A DNA stretch of 64,000 nt, from positions 1,760,001 to 1,824,000 of the forward strand of contig OY970208.1 in the NCBI GenBank assembly GCA_963713865.1. Reading direction: 5' to 3'. Source of the DNA: an uncultured candidate division Zixibacteria bacterium. Its GTDB lineage: Bacteria; Zixibacteria; MSB-5A5; RBG-16-43-9. The translations under genes and the position numbers were made by a program. This document shows, in pieces, positions 27,464 to 38,509 of the stretch. The notes below the pieces were generated by a model. That model saw nothing but the letters and a program-made list of their open reading frames with translations. It searched no databases and was not told where the DNA came from. Numbering within the stretch: the stretch's first letter is position 1; every line of letters begins with the position of its first letter.

Positions 27464-29959
27464 ATGGATTACAAAGAAAGAAAATCAGTTATCTTTTTCC
27501 TAGTGATATCTATTTTATCTCTGTTAATAGGCGTGTGGGGGACTGTCAGATTAAGCAAACGCCCAGGGATAAATGCTGATTTTGAGGTCTCAGATAGCCA
27601 TCTCCAGGTTAGCCGGCTTATCTCTGGCAGCCCGGCTGATAGGGCTGGGCTTAGCACTGGCGACCTTCTTCTGGAAGTGGATAAAAATCCTGTCCAGAGC
27701 AGTAGCGACTTGAACTTTTACATAGATCAGAAAAAAGCAGGTGATTTTGTTGATTTAACTTTACAGAGAAATGGAGAAAAATTCAATGCATCGGTACAAT
27801 TAGAGAAAAAAGAAGGTGGTTTATTCATATTAGTTCATTTTTTAATCGGTCTTTTCCTGTGGCTGGTTGGAGTCTTCGTATTTCTGAAAAAACCCAAAAG
27901 CCAGGTTACCAAGATTTTCTTAACCTCCTCTTTATCTTTTTCGCTGGCAATATTCATCTCCTGGGAGGGTTTTCCATTTGGTCCAAAAATCCTGGGTTTC
28001 ATTCTGCCTTCTATCCAGATATTTGCATATACCCTTATTCCAGCCCTTTTTTTCCATTTTTCTTTGATTTTCCCAAGAGAAGAAGAGATCTCGACCCAGA
28101 AGAAACCTTTGATCTATTCGGTATATCTTCCCAGCCTGGTCCTCATACTTTTAATGGAACTATTTTACTGGAGATCGATTTCAGCAAACTCCCTGTCGAT
28201 ATTCCAGGTATATAAAACGTTTTTTATGTATTCTCGAATATATCTGGTGGTCTATGTTCTTTTCGGTCTTATAGTTTTATACCAGACTTATATTAAGTTA
28301 GAGTTCTTAGAAGACAAAAGGAAAATCAAATGGATTTTCTGGGGGATATTGGTAGGGACTTTCCCTTTTTTCTTTTTATATATCCTGCCAGACGTTTTCC
28401 TTGATAAGATTTTTATCCCTGAGGTAATCTATCTTCTGTTTATGCTGGTTATCCCGATCTCCTTTGCCTTTTCCATCCTCAAATACCAGACTATGGATAT
28501 TGATGTAGTGGTCAACCGCAGTCTGGTTTATTCTCTCTTAACTGGGCTTATCGTGGGTATATATCTTTTAATAGTTGGACTTTTAGGTGAGATACTACAA
28601 AGATCCACTGGATATCAGGGAAGCTTTTTCCCCATTTTAGCCACCCTAGTTGCAGCTTTGCTCTTTACCCCGGCTAAAAACAGGATAAAAGTTCTGGTAG
28701 ATAAAACCTTTTACCGGGTAAGATATGATTACCGGAAATCAATCCAGAAATTCACCCGTCAGGTAAATCTTGCTTTCACTCATAAAGAGTTGTTAGAACT
28801 GCTTTTAAAAAAGATCGATCTTCTGCTGGCTGTCAACCGTATATTGATATTTCTTAAAAAAAGCGAAGCAGAGGAATTCGAAATAGCAAATTCGTTAGGT
28901 TTTTCTGAAGAGGAAATAGGAGAAATTGAGAGGGAGAAGAATGTCTTCCTGGCAGACTTATTTAAAACCAAAATAAACCAGGGGGTTAAAGGTTCTACCG
29001 CTTTCCGGGAGATTAAAGTTTTGCCTGAAAATCAGTTCCTGAAGAAATATGAAATTAAATTATCCTTTCCCTTATTAGCCAAAGAAGAGTTGTCCGGTTT
29101 GCTGTTAATCGGCAAGAAAAAATCGGAAATCAGGTATTCGGTGGAGGATGTGGAGCTTATCTCCTTGATGGTCCAGGCGGCGGCTCAGTCTCTTCAAAAT
29201 ATAGAAATGAGGGAGAGGATAATAGCTGAGCAATTAGAGAAAGAAAAGTTAGAGGAGTTAAATAAACTGAAGACCAAATTCATCTCCAATGTTTCTCATG
29301 ATCTCAGAACGCCTCTGACTGCCATTCGATTTTCAGTAGATAATATGCTGCAGGGGGTATGTGGAAATATTACCGAGGAAAGCAGGAGATGTTTGTCGAT
29401 GATCAGGGAAAGTACCTTATATTTTTCGAGAATGATAGAGAACCTTTTGACTCTGTCGATGAGCGAATTGGGGGGAATAGCCTTGAATAGAGAAAAGCTC
29501 GATTTGTCCCAGGTGTTGGACAAAGCATGCAATATGGTTAAATTACTGGCAGAACAGAAAGGTATCAGTTTGGTCAAAGAGGAACTTGAAAATATTTCTG
29601 TTTATGCAGACCAGCATTGTTTATTACAGATTCTTCTGAATTTGATGGATAATGCTATAAAATTCACCGAAACCAGAGGTAAGGTTTGCATTTCAGCGAA
29701 AAGAATAGAAGGGGAAAAACTGGTAGAGATCTCGGTTGCGGATAACGGAATGGGAATATCTCCTGAAAATCTGGAGAAGATCTTCGAGAGGTTCCATAAA
29801 ATTACACCGGCTGGAACAGTTGGAGAGAAAGGTTTGGGTATCGGGCTGGATATTGTGAGGAATTTAGTTCATCTTCAAGGAGGAGAGATAAAAGTGGAAA
29901 GTCCCGTCTCCGGAACAGGCAAAGGGGCTAAATTCAGTTTTACCTTACCGCAGAGTTAA
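27464..29959 (+). CDS. Membrane sensor histidine kinase (PDZ, multi-TM, GAF-like, HisKA, HATPase)
   Basis: GSPADRAGL PDZ; SHDLRTPL; NLMDNAIKF; GLGIGL. Confidence 0.92.
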   Translation: MDYKERKSVIFFLVISILSLLIGVWGTVRLSKRPGINADFEVSDSHLQVSRLISGSPADRAGLSTGDLLLEVDKNPVQSSSDLNFYIDQKKAGDFVDLTLQRNGEKFNASVQLEKKEGGLFILVHFLIGLFLWLVGVFVFLKKPKSQVTKIFLTSSLSFSLAIFISWEGFPFGPKILGFILPSIQIFAYTLIPALFFHFSLIFPREEEISTQKKPLIYSVYLPSLVLILLMELFYWRSISANSLSIFQVYKTFFMYSRIYLVVYVLFGLIVLYQTYIKLEFLEDKRKIKWIFWGILVGTFPFFFLYILPDVFLDKIFIPEVIYLLFMLVIPISFAFSILKYQTMDIDVVVNRSLVYSLLTGLIVGIYLLIVGLLGEILQRSTGYQGSFFPILATLVAALLFTPAKNRIKVLVDKTFYRVRYDYRKSIQKFTRQVNLAFTHKELLELLLKKIDLLLAVNRILIFLKKSEAEEFEIANSLGFSEEEIGEIEREKNVFLADLFKTKINQGVKGSTAFREIKVLPENQFLKKYEIKLSFPLLAKEELSGLLLIGKKKSEIRYSVEDVELISLMVQAAAQSLQNIEMRERIIAEQLEKEKLEELNKLKTKFISNVSHDLRTPLTAIRFSVDNMLQGVCGNITEESRRCLSMIRESTLYFSRMIENLLTLSMSELGGIALNREKLDLSQVLDKACNMVKLLAEQKGISLVKEELENISVYADQHCLLQILLNLMDNAIKFTETRGKVCISAKRIEGEKLVEISVADNGMGISPENLEKIFERFHKITPAGTVGEKGLGIGLDIVRNLVHLQGGEIKVESPVSGTGKGAKFSFTLPQS

Positions 29960-29979
29960 GGGAAAAGAAAGGTAAATTT

Positions 29980-31344
29980 ATGTCACAGGAGAAGATCTTG
30001 ATTGTAGATGATGACCCTCAGATCAGGAGTCTATTAGCTGAAAGGTTGAGGTTTCATCAATATCGGGTTTTTACCGCAGAGGATGGAGAAGAAGGACTGA
30101 ATATATTCAGGAAGGAAGGGGTGGATCTGGTGCTGTTGGATTTAATGATGCCGAAGTTAGACGGAATAGAGACCTTGCACCGAATGAAAAAAGAAGAGCC
30201 GGAAGTCCTGGTGATAATGCTGACCGCTTTTGGCACAATTGAGAAAGCGGTAGAGGCCATGAGAAAAGGGGCTTTTGATTTTATACCCAAACCCTGCGAG
30301 CCGGAACATATTCTAATGACAGTTGAGAAAGCTCTGGAAAGAAAAAATCTTTTTCAGGAAAGAGAGTATTTAAAAAAGGAGATAGATAGCCAGTATGATA
30401 TCGTTTGGGGAGAAAGCGCAGAGATGAAAAAGATCAAAGAGCTTATCCTGAAAGTAGCCAGTACCAAATCCACGATTTTGATCCAGGGAGAAAGCGGTAC
30501 CGGGAAACAGGTATTAGCCCGGGCAATTCATAATCTCAGCAATAGAAAAGACAAGCCCTTTGTCTATGTTAACTGTGTGGCTTTATCTGAACAGCTTTTG
30601 GAGAGTGACCTTTTCGGACATGAGAAAGGAGCATTTACCGGTGCTTATCAGAGGAAAAAGGGGAGATTGGAAACTGCCCATACCGGGACCGTTTTCCTGG
30701 ATGAGATCGGTGACATAACTCCAGTGATTCAGACCAAATTTTTACATTTCCTGGAATCAGGCGAGTTCGAAAGGGTGGGGGGAACTCAGACTCAGAAAGT
30801 GGATGTCAGGATCATTGCGGCTACTAATCGCGATCTATCCAGAGCATTAGAGGAGAAAAAGTTCAGAGAGGACCTTTTTTTCCGGCTAAACGTGATTTCC
30901 ATAACCATCCCTCCACTGCGCACTAGAAAAGAAGATATACCCGTTTTAGCCAATTATTTTTTACAAAAATTAAACCAAGAGATGAAAAAGAGAATAGTAT
31001 CCATAGACCCTCAAGCTTTAGAACTGTTTTTAACCTATAACTGGCCTGGAAATATAAGAGAACTGCAGAATATCCTGGAAAGAGCCGTAGTGTTAGCCCC
31101 AGGGAATGCAATCACCTCCGATCTGGTCTTGTCTCAGGTAACCTCGAAAAAGAAAGAGGAGATTTCAGCCGGTGTGCCATTAGAGGAAGCTTTAAAGAAG
31201 TTCAAAAAAGAGTTTATCTCCCAGACGTTAACTTTGACTAAAAACAATCAATCTCAGGCTGCCAAGCTATTGGATATTCAAAGGACTTATCTGAATAGGT
31301 TAATTAAAGAGCTTGAAATTGAACCGGGTTCTTCCGAGTCTTAA
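29980..31344 (+). CDS. Sigma54-dependent response regulator (NtrC family)
   Basis: REC domain, GESGTGK, GAFTGA, WPGNIRELQN, Fis-type HTH. Confidence 0.96.
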   Translation: MSQEKILIVDDDPQIRSLLAERLRFHQYRVFTAEDGEEGLNIFRKEGVDLVLLDLMMPKLDGIETLHRMKKEEPEVLVIMLTAFGTIEKAVEAMRKGAFDFIPKPCEPEHILMTVEKALERKNLFQEREYLKKEIDSQYDIVWGESAEMKKIKELILKVASTKSTILIQGESGTGKQVLARAIHNLSNRKDKPFVYVNCVALSEQLLESDLFGHEKGAFTGAYQRKKGRLETAHTGTVFLDEIGDITPVIQTKFLHFLESGEFERVGGTQTQKVDVRIIAATNRDLSRALEEKKFREDLFFRLNVISITIPPLRTRKEDIPVLANYFLQKLNQEMKKRIVSIDPQALELFLTYNWPGNIRELQNILERAVVLAPGNAITSDLVLSQVTSKKKEEISAGVPLEEALKKFKKEFISQTLTLTKNNQSQAAKLLDIQRTYLNRLIKELEIEPGSSES

Positions 31345-31645
31345 AAGTTTGTCTGCGTTGATTATATAACTTAATAATATCTCGAACATTTGACGGTGAG
31401 TTTAGAGTCGTATTCAATGCGTCTCTATATCTTCGTCATTTCTATTATTCGTTTATTGGCAAGGCAAGGTTCAGCCTTGCTTTTTACTGTTATATATTAT
31501 TTTACATATCAGTATATTTTTCTATAACAATTTTAATCTCACAAATATTCTCTATTTGATAAAATACTTTATCCAGCAATACCATCTCATTGTATAGTAA
31601 ACACTTAGCACTCTCCAAAATTATTCATTCTTTCTATCTTCTCAC

Positions 31646-31661
31646 TGGCATATCTATTGCA
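31646..31661 (+). promoter_or_regulatory. sigma54 (-24/-12) promoter
   Basis: TGGCATATCTATTGCA (GG-N10-GC), 37 nt upstream of ATG 31699. Confidence 0.8.
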
Positions 31662-31698
31662 TTTCATCATAAACGAAAACTTTTAAAGGAGAGAGAAG

Positions 31699-32475
31699 AT
31701 GAAAAAGTTAAAGGTTCTTTTAGTAGGGTTGGGATTCGGTTCAGTCCTAATAGCTGGTAGTATTGAAAATTCTCTAGCTGAGACCAAAACCAAGTTTACG
31801 GCTTCAGATACGATATCGGCTAATACTGAGCAAATGGTCTACCAACAACAGCAAAACAGTCAGGAGATGAAACATAAAAAGAAATTCTCGTTCACGCCAA
31901 GGCCGTTATTGGAGTGCAAATCATTTCTGATAACTGAATTTGGATTTTCCTTTGGCTTAGACAAGCCGTCGGACAAAACAAATCTCCGACTTTTGACCTG
32001 GGAATTAGGCTACATGGTAAATCGAGATGAGCATTCAGCCATAGGCGGAACTTTTGTTATAGATGTAGAACCAGATGGAGGTGCATCTCGACTTGGATTA
32101 AAAGCCAGATACCGCTACTGGTTAAGCGGAAATAGAAGCGTGGATATTGCTCCCGGCATATTATTAACCAACTGGAAAGACAAGTTTGACTTTCCGTCAT
32201 TTACTTGCCATGCAGGCTTGAACTTGAATAAATGGTTTGCTATAACCGGGCAAGTTGACATCGTGCGTTGGAAAACATCCGGTTATGAATGCACCTTGCA
32301 AAATGGTCAGACCCAGTTCACATGGCAGGAAAAAACAGTTACCAAACCGGAGTGGTATGTAGGATTCAAATTCGGAACCCCAGCCGGGGCAGGTATTGGT
32401 ACATCTGCCATAGTAGTTGCAGCTCTGGCTGTGGCAATCACTTTCTCTGGTCCCATCATTAAAGGGCCTTTTTAG
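31699..32475 (+). CDS. Hypothetical exported protein, beta-strand rich
   Basis: AAGGAG RBS, signal peptide, alternating aromatic/Gly strands. Confidence 0.75.
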   Translation: MKKLKVLLVGLGFGSVLIAGSIENSLAETKTKFTASDTISANTEQMVYQQQQNSQEMKHKKKFSFTPRPLLECKSFLITEFGFSFGLDKPSDKTNLRLLTWELGYMVNRDEHSAIGGTFVIDVEPDGGASRLGLKARYRYWLSGNRSVDIAPGILLTNWKDKFDFPSFTCHAGLNLNKWFAITGQVDIVRWKTSGYECTLQNGQTQFTWQEKTVTKPEWYVGFKFGTPAGAGIGTSAIVVAALAVAITFSGPIIKGPF

Positions 32476-32533
32476 GCGAAGAATCCATAGAATTAATTTC
32501 TTTGAAAATTAAGTTTCAAGGAGGAGGAGATAG

Positions 32534-33259
32534 ATGAAAAATTTAACTATTCTTTTGACAGGATTTGGACTGGGTTTAATCCTGGTCGCATGTGGGTTTG
32601 AAAAATCCTCAGCAGCGGAAAAGGAGATTGACTCTCATGTTGATACTCTCTTAGGTGGTCAGGTGATAATAAATCAACCTGTAGAGATGGAAGCTAAGAG
32701 GAATTTCATCTACATTGAGCCGGGTCCAGTAAAGTCGGATAAGATAGCTGGAGAAATCTTCGCAGGTGGAGCAGGAGCGTTATTAGGCGGAGTTTTGGGG
32801 GCAGGTATAGGGTATAGCTTAACTTACAAGGAAAATGAGGGAGATTGGTTTAATTTAAGTGGTGTACCCGGGGCAGTTGTAGGATATGCTATAGCTTCAA
32901 ATTTAGGTTGCGCTCTTGGGGTTTACTTAATAGGAAACAGTGGAGATGAAAAAGGGTCTTTTGGTGATGCCTTTGGTGGAAGTGTTGCAGGATCTTTGCT
33001 GGGTGGGGGATTGGCTTACTTAATCGCTCAGACTGATAAAGAAGCTGATGGAATATCATATGAATATGCTGTTTTTGTCGTAGCTGGCCAGGCTACAGGT
33101 GCAATCATAGGTTTCAATCATTCCAGAAAAAAGAAAGCGAAGATACCATCTGAGGGTTTGCTGAACATAAATAGCGGAAAACTGAGTCTAGCTTTTCCTC
33201 AGGTTGATATTTCCAAAGATTCTGATTATAAAGTTAATCTTTTTCAAGTAAAGTTTTAA
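32534..33259 (+). CDS. Hypothetical exported/membrane protein with glycine-zipper-like helices
   Basis: GGAGG RBS; signal peptide (possible lipobox LVAC); GxxxG-rich segments; terminal Phe. Confidence 0.75.
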   Translation: MKNLTILLTGFGLGLILVACGFEKSSAAEKEIDSHVDTLLGGQVIINQPVEMEAKRNFIYIEPGPVKSDKIAGEIFAGGAGALLGGVLGAGIGYSLTYKENEGDWFNLSGVPGAVVGYAIASNLGCALGVYLIGNSGDEKGSFGDAFGGSVAGSLLGGGLAYLIAQTDKEADGISYEYAVFVVAGQATGAIIGFNHSRKKKAKIPSEGLLNINSGKLSLAFPQVDISKDSDYKVNLFQVKF

Positions 33260-33274
33260 AGAGGAGGAGTAAAA

Positions 33275-34120
33275 ATGAAATTAGGATTAAAGCTTTGTTC
33301 GGTTTTGATGGTTCTGCCATTGGTTATGGGTGTACAGAAACATCGCTCGGATTCGCTCTATACGGATTTGACTATTGGAGGTGGAAGCGGCTCCTATGGA
33401 AACACTTTTTATACCCGGGCTTATACACCGGGATCAGGAACAGGGTGTGAAGGCAGTGGTAGTGGAGATTCTTACACCTACTATGAACATCGGAAAAAGA
33501 TAGGTTATCAGGACGGTGGTATTGGCTTTGAGACAGCTGTTTCCAAAAAGGCAAAGATTGGACTCAGAGCCGGCTATGTCAAGGATACCAGGGTTGAGGT
33601 GTTCGAGTCTGAATATCAGTTTAAATCTAAAACCAGCTATATCATCAATCCTCATTTTTCCTTCGAGTGGAGTTATTTTGACTTGGGTTTAGGTTTAGTG
33701 ATGGCTTCCGATGGCATTCATTATCCTTCGTTTAAGCAAGGGGACTATGGAGAAAATTATTTCAACGGAAACGGCTATGAAAAATCGGTTTTACCCAGTT
33801 ACCATTTACGCCTGGGGAATCCAGAATATATCTATGCATCAGTTAGCCATTTAGAGAATATCCCTCTTATCTCCGGTGGAGGATACCTTAATTATGGAAT
33901 TGGAACTGAGGCTATTCCCTGTTTTTCCTTATGGGTGGGGGTAAGCGACAAAAAACCCTTCGAGAAAAGTTCCTTTTTGTTGAAAGCTGGGCTTAAACTG
34001 AATCGAAATCTGTCTTTAAATTTTGCCTATCGCTCTGGTGAAAGTAAGGGGGATTATACATACCAACCTATAAAAGAGAGAGGATTTTCTACCAGACTGA
34101 ACTACAGGTTCTTCAGGTAA
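33275..34120 (+). CDS. Hypothetical exported protein, possible outer-membrane beta-barrel
   Basis: GGAGG RBS, signal peptide, amphipathic strands, C-terminal LNYRFFR. Confidence 0.7.
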   Translation: MKLGLKLCSVLMVLPLVMGVQKHRSDSLYTDLTIGGGSGSYGNTFYTRAYTPGSGTGCEGSGSGDSYTYYEHRKKIGYQDGGIGFETAVSKKAKIGLRAGYVKDTRVEVFESEYQFKSKTSYIINPHFSFEWSYFDLGLGLVMASDGIHYPSFKQGDYGENYFNGNGYEKSVLPSYHLRLGNPEYIYASVSHLENIPLISGGGYLNYGIGTEAIPCFSLWVGVSDKKPFEKSSFLLKAGLKLNRNLSLNFAYRSGESKGDYTYQPIKERGFSTRLNYRFFR

Positions 34121-34544
34121 TAAGGTATTGGTCGTATCAGGAGCTACTCCTGATACCCAATCTTCAGACAGGTCCAGGACCTGACTGAACAATAGAATGT
34201 AACGGAGGAATAAAAAGTGTCCACGAAAATATCAAAAGGGGTAGTTGGGGTGGTACGTAGCAGAGGTTCAAAACCTCTGCTATGTAAAAGGATTTTGTTT
34301 GACTTCTTTCATTTTTGTGGTATAAATATAGTGTTAATACAAAGCATATTAAGATTTATTAATTATATAGAATTGAAAAAACTTTTAACCTTAAAAAAGA
34401 TTTTAAATTAAGGCATTATGCTGTTTTTTTGTCAACGCGTTGACTCTGTTTGCAGAAGGAGGTGATTCAAAATATTTATAATGTAGTGCTCGGGAAGAAG
34501 TTTAATCGGGGAACATTAATTTTTAAAGGTTAAGGAGGAAAAAG

Positions 34545-36713
34545 ATGAAAAAGTTAATCGTTTTAATCGGGATTATCGGGATTCTGGGTATGTTCACTTT
34601 TGCTCAGGCGCAGGTTGATACTTTAACAATCTTACATCTGAACGATACCCATTCCCATCTCCTGCCCTATGGTCCTAAAGATGCTAGTGGAAACTGGACC
34701 TGGGGTGGGATGGCAAGGATAGCTACTTTAGTGGGGATGAACAGGATGTCTTTAAATAAAGTAATGCTTCTGCATTCTGGAGATATTTACCTTGGTGATT
34801 TTATGTTTCAAAAATACTTAAGCGTGGCAGAGCTTGAGATTATGAAAGCTCTGAACTATGATGCTATGGAATTAGGGAATCATGAATTCGACCTGTATCC
34901 CTCTACCCTTAAATATGTACTGAATGAAGCAGGATTCCCGGGCTCTGGATTTCCGGTTCTATGTGCCAATCTGGATATCTCCGGTGATCCAGAAATAGGT
35001 TATTTTGTCAAGCCTTACATTATAAAGGAGTATGGAGATCTAAAAGTCGGTATTTTTGGACTTTTAACTGAGAGCACCAATCAGATATCCAATCCTTCAC
35101 CGGTGGCAGTGCTTCCACCTTTATCTGTGGCTCAGATTTGGGTTGACTCTTTAAAGTATGGTCTTGACTGCGATATTGTAGTCCTCCTATCACACTTAGG
35201 AGTTTTCGAAGATCAACTGCTGGCTTCCTCTGTGACTGGAATAGATATCATAGTAGGTGGGCATACTCACACCTTACTTGCTACACCAGTTCAGATTGGA
35301 AATACCTTGATACTTCAGGCAGGAGAGTTCGGGAGATATTTAGGTAAACTGTCTCTATACCTGAATAATAAGACAATATCGGGCTGGAATTATGAGCTTC
35401 AGTCAGTTGATTCTTCTGTCCCGGAGGAACCGACATTGGCTTTTATGATTGGTCAATTAGCTGGAGGGGTAGAGACAGATCCGAGGTTCGGTCCAGTATA
35501 CACAGAGGTAATAGCTCAGGCCAAAACCGATATACAAAAGCCTTTAGGTGAAGGATTATTTAAAGATAATCCTTTAGGGAATCTGGTCTCAGATGCTTTG
35601 AGAGATAAAACCGGAACTGATATTGCCATTTATCCTCAGGGGTTTATGTCCCAGACTATTTATGCAGGAGCAGTTAAAGGTGCAGATATATGGCAGGCAA
35701 TCCCTTATGGCTTTGACCCAACCTCTGGATTAGGATTTAAGCTGGCAACTTTTCAGACCGATGGGATGTCAATCATTTACGGTTTAGAGTTTTCAGTTTA
35801 TAATCTCCCTTATATCGAGGATTTCTTTTTACATTGTTCTAATTTTTCCTATGCTTATAGTTCATCCAGTTCTCCTGGCTCCAGAGTAGATTATTCATCA
35901 ATTTTGGTGAATGGTCAACCTTTAAATCCTTACTCAAGCTATACCGTAACAGTTCCAGATGGAGTGGTTCCTTTTTTGAGTCAGATACCGGGATTTCAAA
36001 TTAATAATCTTTCAGTTACTGATCATTTCATTTATACTGTTGTAAAAGATTACATGATTTCTAATTCGCCAGTTTCATATTATACCGAGGGGAGAGTTGT
36101 CGATCTAGCTCAGCTTTCTGATCCGCTCAAAGGGATTGCAGCTCTTAAAGACGTCATAGACATCAATCTCGGAAATGGTTCAATAGATAATCATGCCATT
36201 GCTTGTATTTTAAAGTGGCAATTGCACAGGGTCCAATCTTTCTTACAGGAAGATAAATATGAGAAAGCTTTGAGAGCACTAAGAGTTTTCGAACTTCTGG
36301 TAAAATCTCAATCTAACAGGCATATCTCCTCAGAATCAGCAGATAGAATTATTTATCTGACTGATAAACTGATGGAATCAATTCCAAAAACATTATATGC
36401 TGAATTTCTGGAAGATACAAAGAAAAATATACCGAATGAATTCCAGCTACTTCAGAATTATCCCAATCCCTTTAATCCACAAACACAGATTGCGTATACA
36501 TTACCAGAAGATTCTTATGTCAAGCTTACCATCTATAACGTTCTGGGACAAAAGGTAAAATTAATGGTAAATGAGTATCAGACCGCAGGGACTAAAAACG
36601 TGGTTTGGGATGGCAGGAACGAGAATGGAGAAAAGGTGACCAGCGGAATCTACTTCTATAAATTACAGGCAGGTAATTTCGTCCAGACTAAAAAAATGAG
36701 CGTGGTAAAATAG
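34545..36713 (+). CDS. Secreted 5'-nucleotidase/metallophosphoesterase with FIMAH-like and FlgD/T9SS-like C-terminal domains
   Basis: NDTH, SGD, GNHEFD, LSHLG, GGHTH; QNYPNPFNP...SGIYFYKL. Confidence 0.9.
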   Translation: MKKLIVLIGIIGILGMFTFAQAQVDTLTILHLNDTHSHLLPYGPKDASGNWTWGGMARIATLVGMNRMSLNKVMLLHSGDIYLGDFMFQKYLSVAELEIMKALNYDAMELGNHEFDLYPSTLKYVLNEAGFPGSGFPVLCANLDISGDPEIGYFVKPYIIKEYGDLKVGIFGLLTESTNQISNPSPVAVLPPLSVAQIWVDSLKYGLDCDIVVLLSHLGVFEDQLLASSVTGIDIIVGGHTHTLLATPVQIGNTLILQAGEFGRYLGKLSLYLNNKTISGWNYELQSVDSSVPEEPTLAFMIGQLAGGVETDPRFGPVYTEVIAQAKTDIQKPLGEGLFKDNPLGNLVSDALRDKTGTDIAIYPQGFMSQTIYAGAVKGADIWQAIPYGFDPTSGLGFKLATFQTDGMSIIYGLEFSVYNLPYIEDFFLHCSNFSYAYSSSSSPGSRVDYSSILVNGQPLNPYSSYTVTVPDGVVPFLSQIPGFQINNLSVTDHFIYTVVKDYMISNSPVSYYTEGRVVDLAQLSDPLKGIAALKDVIDINLGNGSIDNHAIACILKWQLHRVQSFLQEDKYEKALRALRVFELLVKSQSNRHISSESADRIIYLTDKLMESIPKTLYAEFLEDTKKNIPNEFQLLQNYPNPFNPQTQIAYTLPEDSYVKLTIYNVLGQKVKLMVNEYQTAGTKNVVWDGRNENGEKVTSGIYFYKLQAGNFVQTKKMSVVK

Positions 36714-36729
36714 AATCATCCTTTATTCT

Positions 36730-36760
36730 AAAAAGCCCCCATCTGGGGGCTTTTTATTTT
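36730..36760 (+). terminator. Intrinsic terminator
   Basis: AAAAGCCCCCA-TC-TGGGGGCTTTTT. Confidence 0.85.
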
Positions 36761-36893
36761 AAATTATGAAAATAGTTACACCCCTGTATTCTAAATAATA
36801 ATATATTTTGATTTCTCACACAGAATAAAAACTGATCCCTTTATAACCTCTTACAGTAATTGAGGATAATATTTTTAAATATTCAGCTCAATG

Positions 36894-36909
36894 GGGCACT
36901 CCTTTTGCA
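36894..36909 (+). promoter_or_regulatory. Putative sigma54 promoter
   Basis: GGGCACTCCTTTTGCA (GG-N10-GC), 36 nt upstream of ATG 36946. Confidence 0.6.
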
Positions 36910-36945
36910 ATTGAAGAATAATAGAAAATTGCTAAGGAGGTCTCT

Positions 36946-38349
36946 ATGAAAGTTCTTTTAATCTATCCAGACACCAGTCAGGAGAGTGTGATTCCTAAAA
37001 AGCTTATAAATATTGAACCTTTAGGATTAGAGTATCTGGCTGGAACAATCCCGGAGCATCAGGTTGAAATCCTGGATATGAAGTTGGAGCATAACTGGCA
37101 GAAGAAACTTGAGGAATACGAGCCTGAGGTGGTAGGTATTTCCGGGACGGTGATTCATTCTTATCGGATGCTGGAGATTCTGAAAAAAGCAAAAGAGCTA
37201 AATCCCCTGACTTTGACTATTATAGGTGGAACTCATGCTACTCTGTCGCCAGAAGATTTTAATCAGCCCTGGGTGGATGTAATTGTCCTGGGTCACCGGG
37301 TTTCATCTTTCAGACAAATAGTCCAGAATTTTGAGTGGAAAAAATCATTTGAAAAAATTGGAGGGATAGCTTTACCTCAAAAAAACAAGCTATATTTTAC
37401 TACCACAAATAATAAGATAACCAGTTTAGACCATCTCCCTATGCCCCGAAGGGATTTAACTCAAAAATATCGTAAAAGATATTTCCATTTAGTCTGGAGA
37501 CCAACTGCTTTGATAGTTACCTCAGCCGGCTGCCCGTATCAGTGTAATTTCTGTCCCTGCCCGGTTCTTACCGGAGGAAAATTCTTAAAAAGGTCGCCGG
37601 AGCTGGTGCTGGAAGAATTATCTCAGATAAAAGAAGAATATATCTATGCCGGGGATGACAACTTTTTCTTTGATTATCAGCACGCTCTGAAAATATACCA
37701 GTTGATAAAAGATTCAGGTATCAAAAAGCAGTATTATATCTTAAGCCGGGTTGATGAGATAAACCGTCATCCGGATATAGTGGAGAAGTGGGTAGAGATC
37801 GGACTGAAAAAGGTCTTTTTAGGACTGGAGTCCTTTAAAGATGAAGAACTTAAATCTTTAAATAAAAAATGCACAGTAGAGAAAAATAATCGGGCAATAG
37901 AGATTTTGCATAAAAATAAAGTCGACCCTTTAGGAGCTTTTGTGATTCAGCCTTATTATAAGAAAGAGGATTTTGATGCACTCTTAGAATATATGGACAA
38001 AATGAAGATTTATTATCATGAGTTCACCATTTTAACCCCCTTCCCCGGGACTGAATTCTTCGACAAAGTCAAAGGTCAACTGCTCTTTACAGATAGCCGC
38101 CTTTTCGATTTGGCACACAGTCTTCTGCCCACCGAGCTCCCTTCAGAAGAGTTCTACAGACTCTATAGCCGACTTTATCGGAAAGCATTTTCTCCAATTA
38201 GAGCCTTAAAGATTAAGCCAACTGTTTCCCCCTTTGCTAAAATGGGTTTTATAAGACTTTTACCCGGGCTTTTTGCTTTATTTTATGCTGGTAGAAAAGC
38301 CTTTAGGGATTTAGCGAAACTTAAAAGCACTGCTCCACTCTTCTCTTGA
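36946..38349 (+). CDS. Cobalamin-binding radical SAM protein
   Basis: EPLGLEYLA, GGTHAT, CPYQCNFC, TPFPGT. Confidence 0.93.
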   Translation: MKVLLIYPDTSQESVIPKKLINIEPLGLEYLAGTIPEHQVEILDMKLEHNWQKKLEEYEPEVVGISGTVIHSYRMLEILKKAKELNPLTLTIIGGTHATLSPEDFNQPWVDVIVLGHRVSSFRQIVQNFEWKKSFEKIGGIALPQKNKLYFTTTNNKITSLDHLPMPRRDLTQKYRKRYFHLVWRPTALIVTSAGCPYQCNFCPCPVLTGGKFLKRSPELVLEELSQIKEEYIYAGDDNFFFDYQHALKIYQLIKDSGIKKQYYILSRVDEINRHPDIVEKWVEIGLKKVFLGLESFKDEELKSLNKKCTVEKNNRAIEILHKNKVDPLGAFVIQPYYKKEDFDALLEYMDKMKIYYHEFTILTPFPGTEFFDKVKGQLLFTDSRLFDLAHSLLPTELPSEEFYRLYSRLYRKAFSPIRALKIKPTVSPFAKMGFIRLLPGLFALFYAGRKAFRDLAKLKSTAPLFS

Positions 38350-38509
38350 ATATTTTAGATTGTGTCAGAAGGTATTTTATTTGATTTAAAACTTTGTGAG
38401 TAAAAATAATATTTGACAAATCAACTTAAGTTTTGATATATTTATGCTTGAAAATGAGGAGTTAATTCGTATTAATTTAGGTTATAAATCGAGGAGGTGA
38501 TTATAGAAA

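Noticed and set aside
34217-34411. 64-aa ORF before the nucleotidase
   Set aside because: It has an RBS-like GGAGG but crosses a REP-like hairpin and an AT-rich promoter-like region with no recognisable motif; unsupported.
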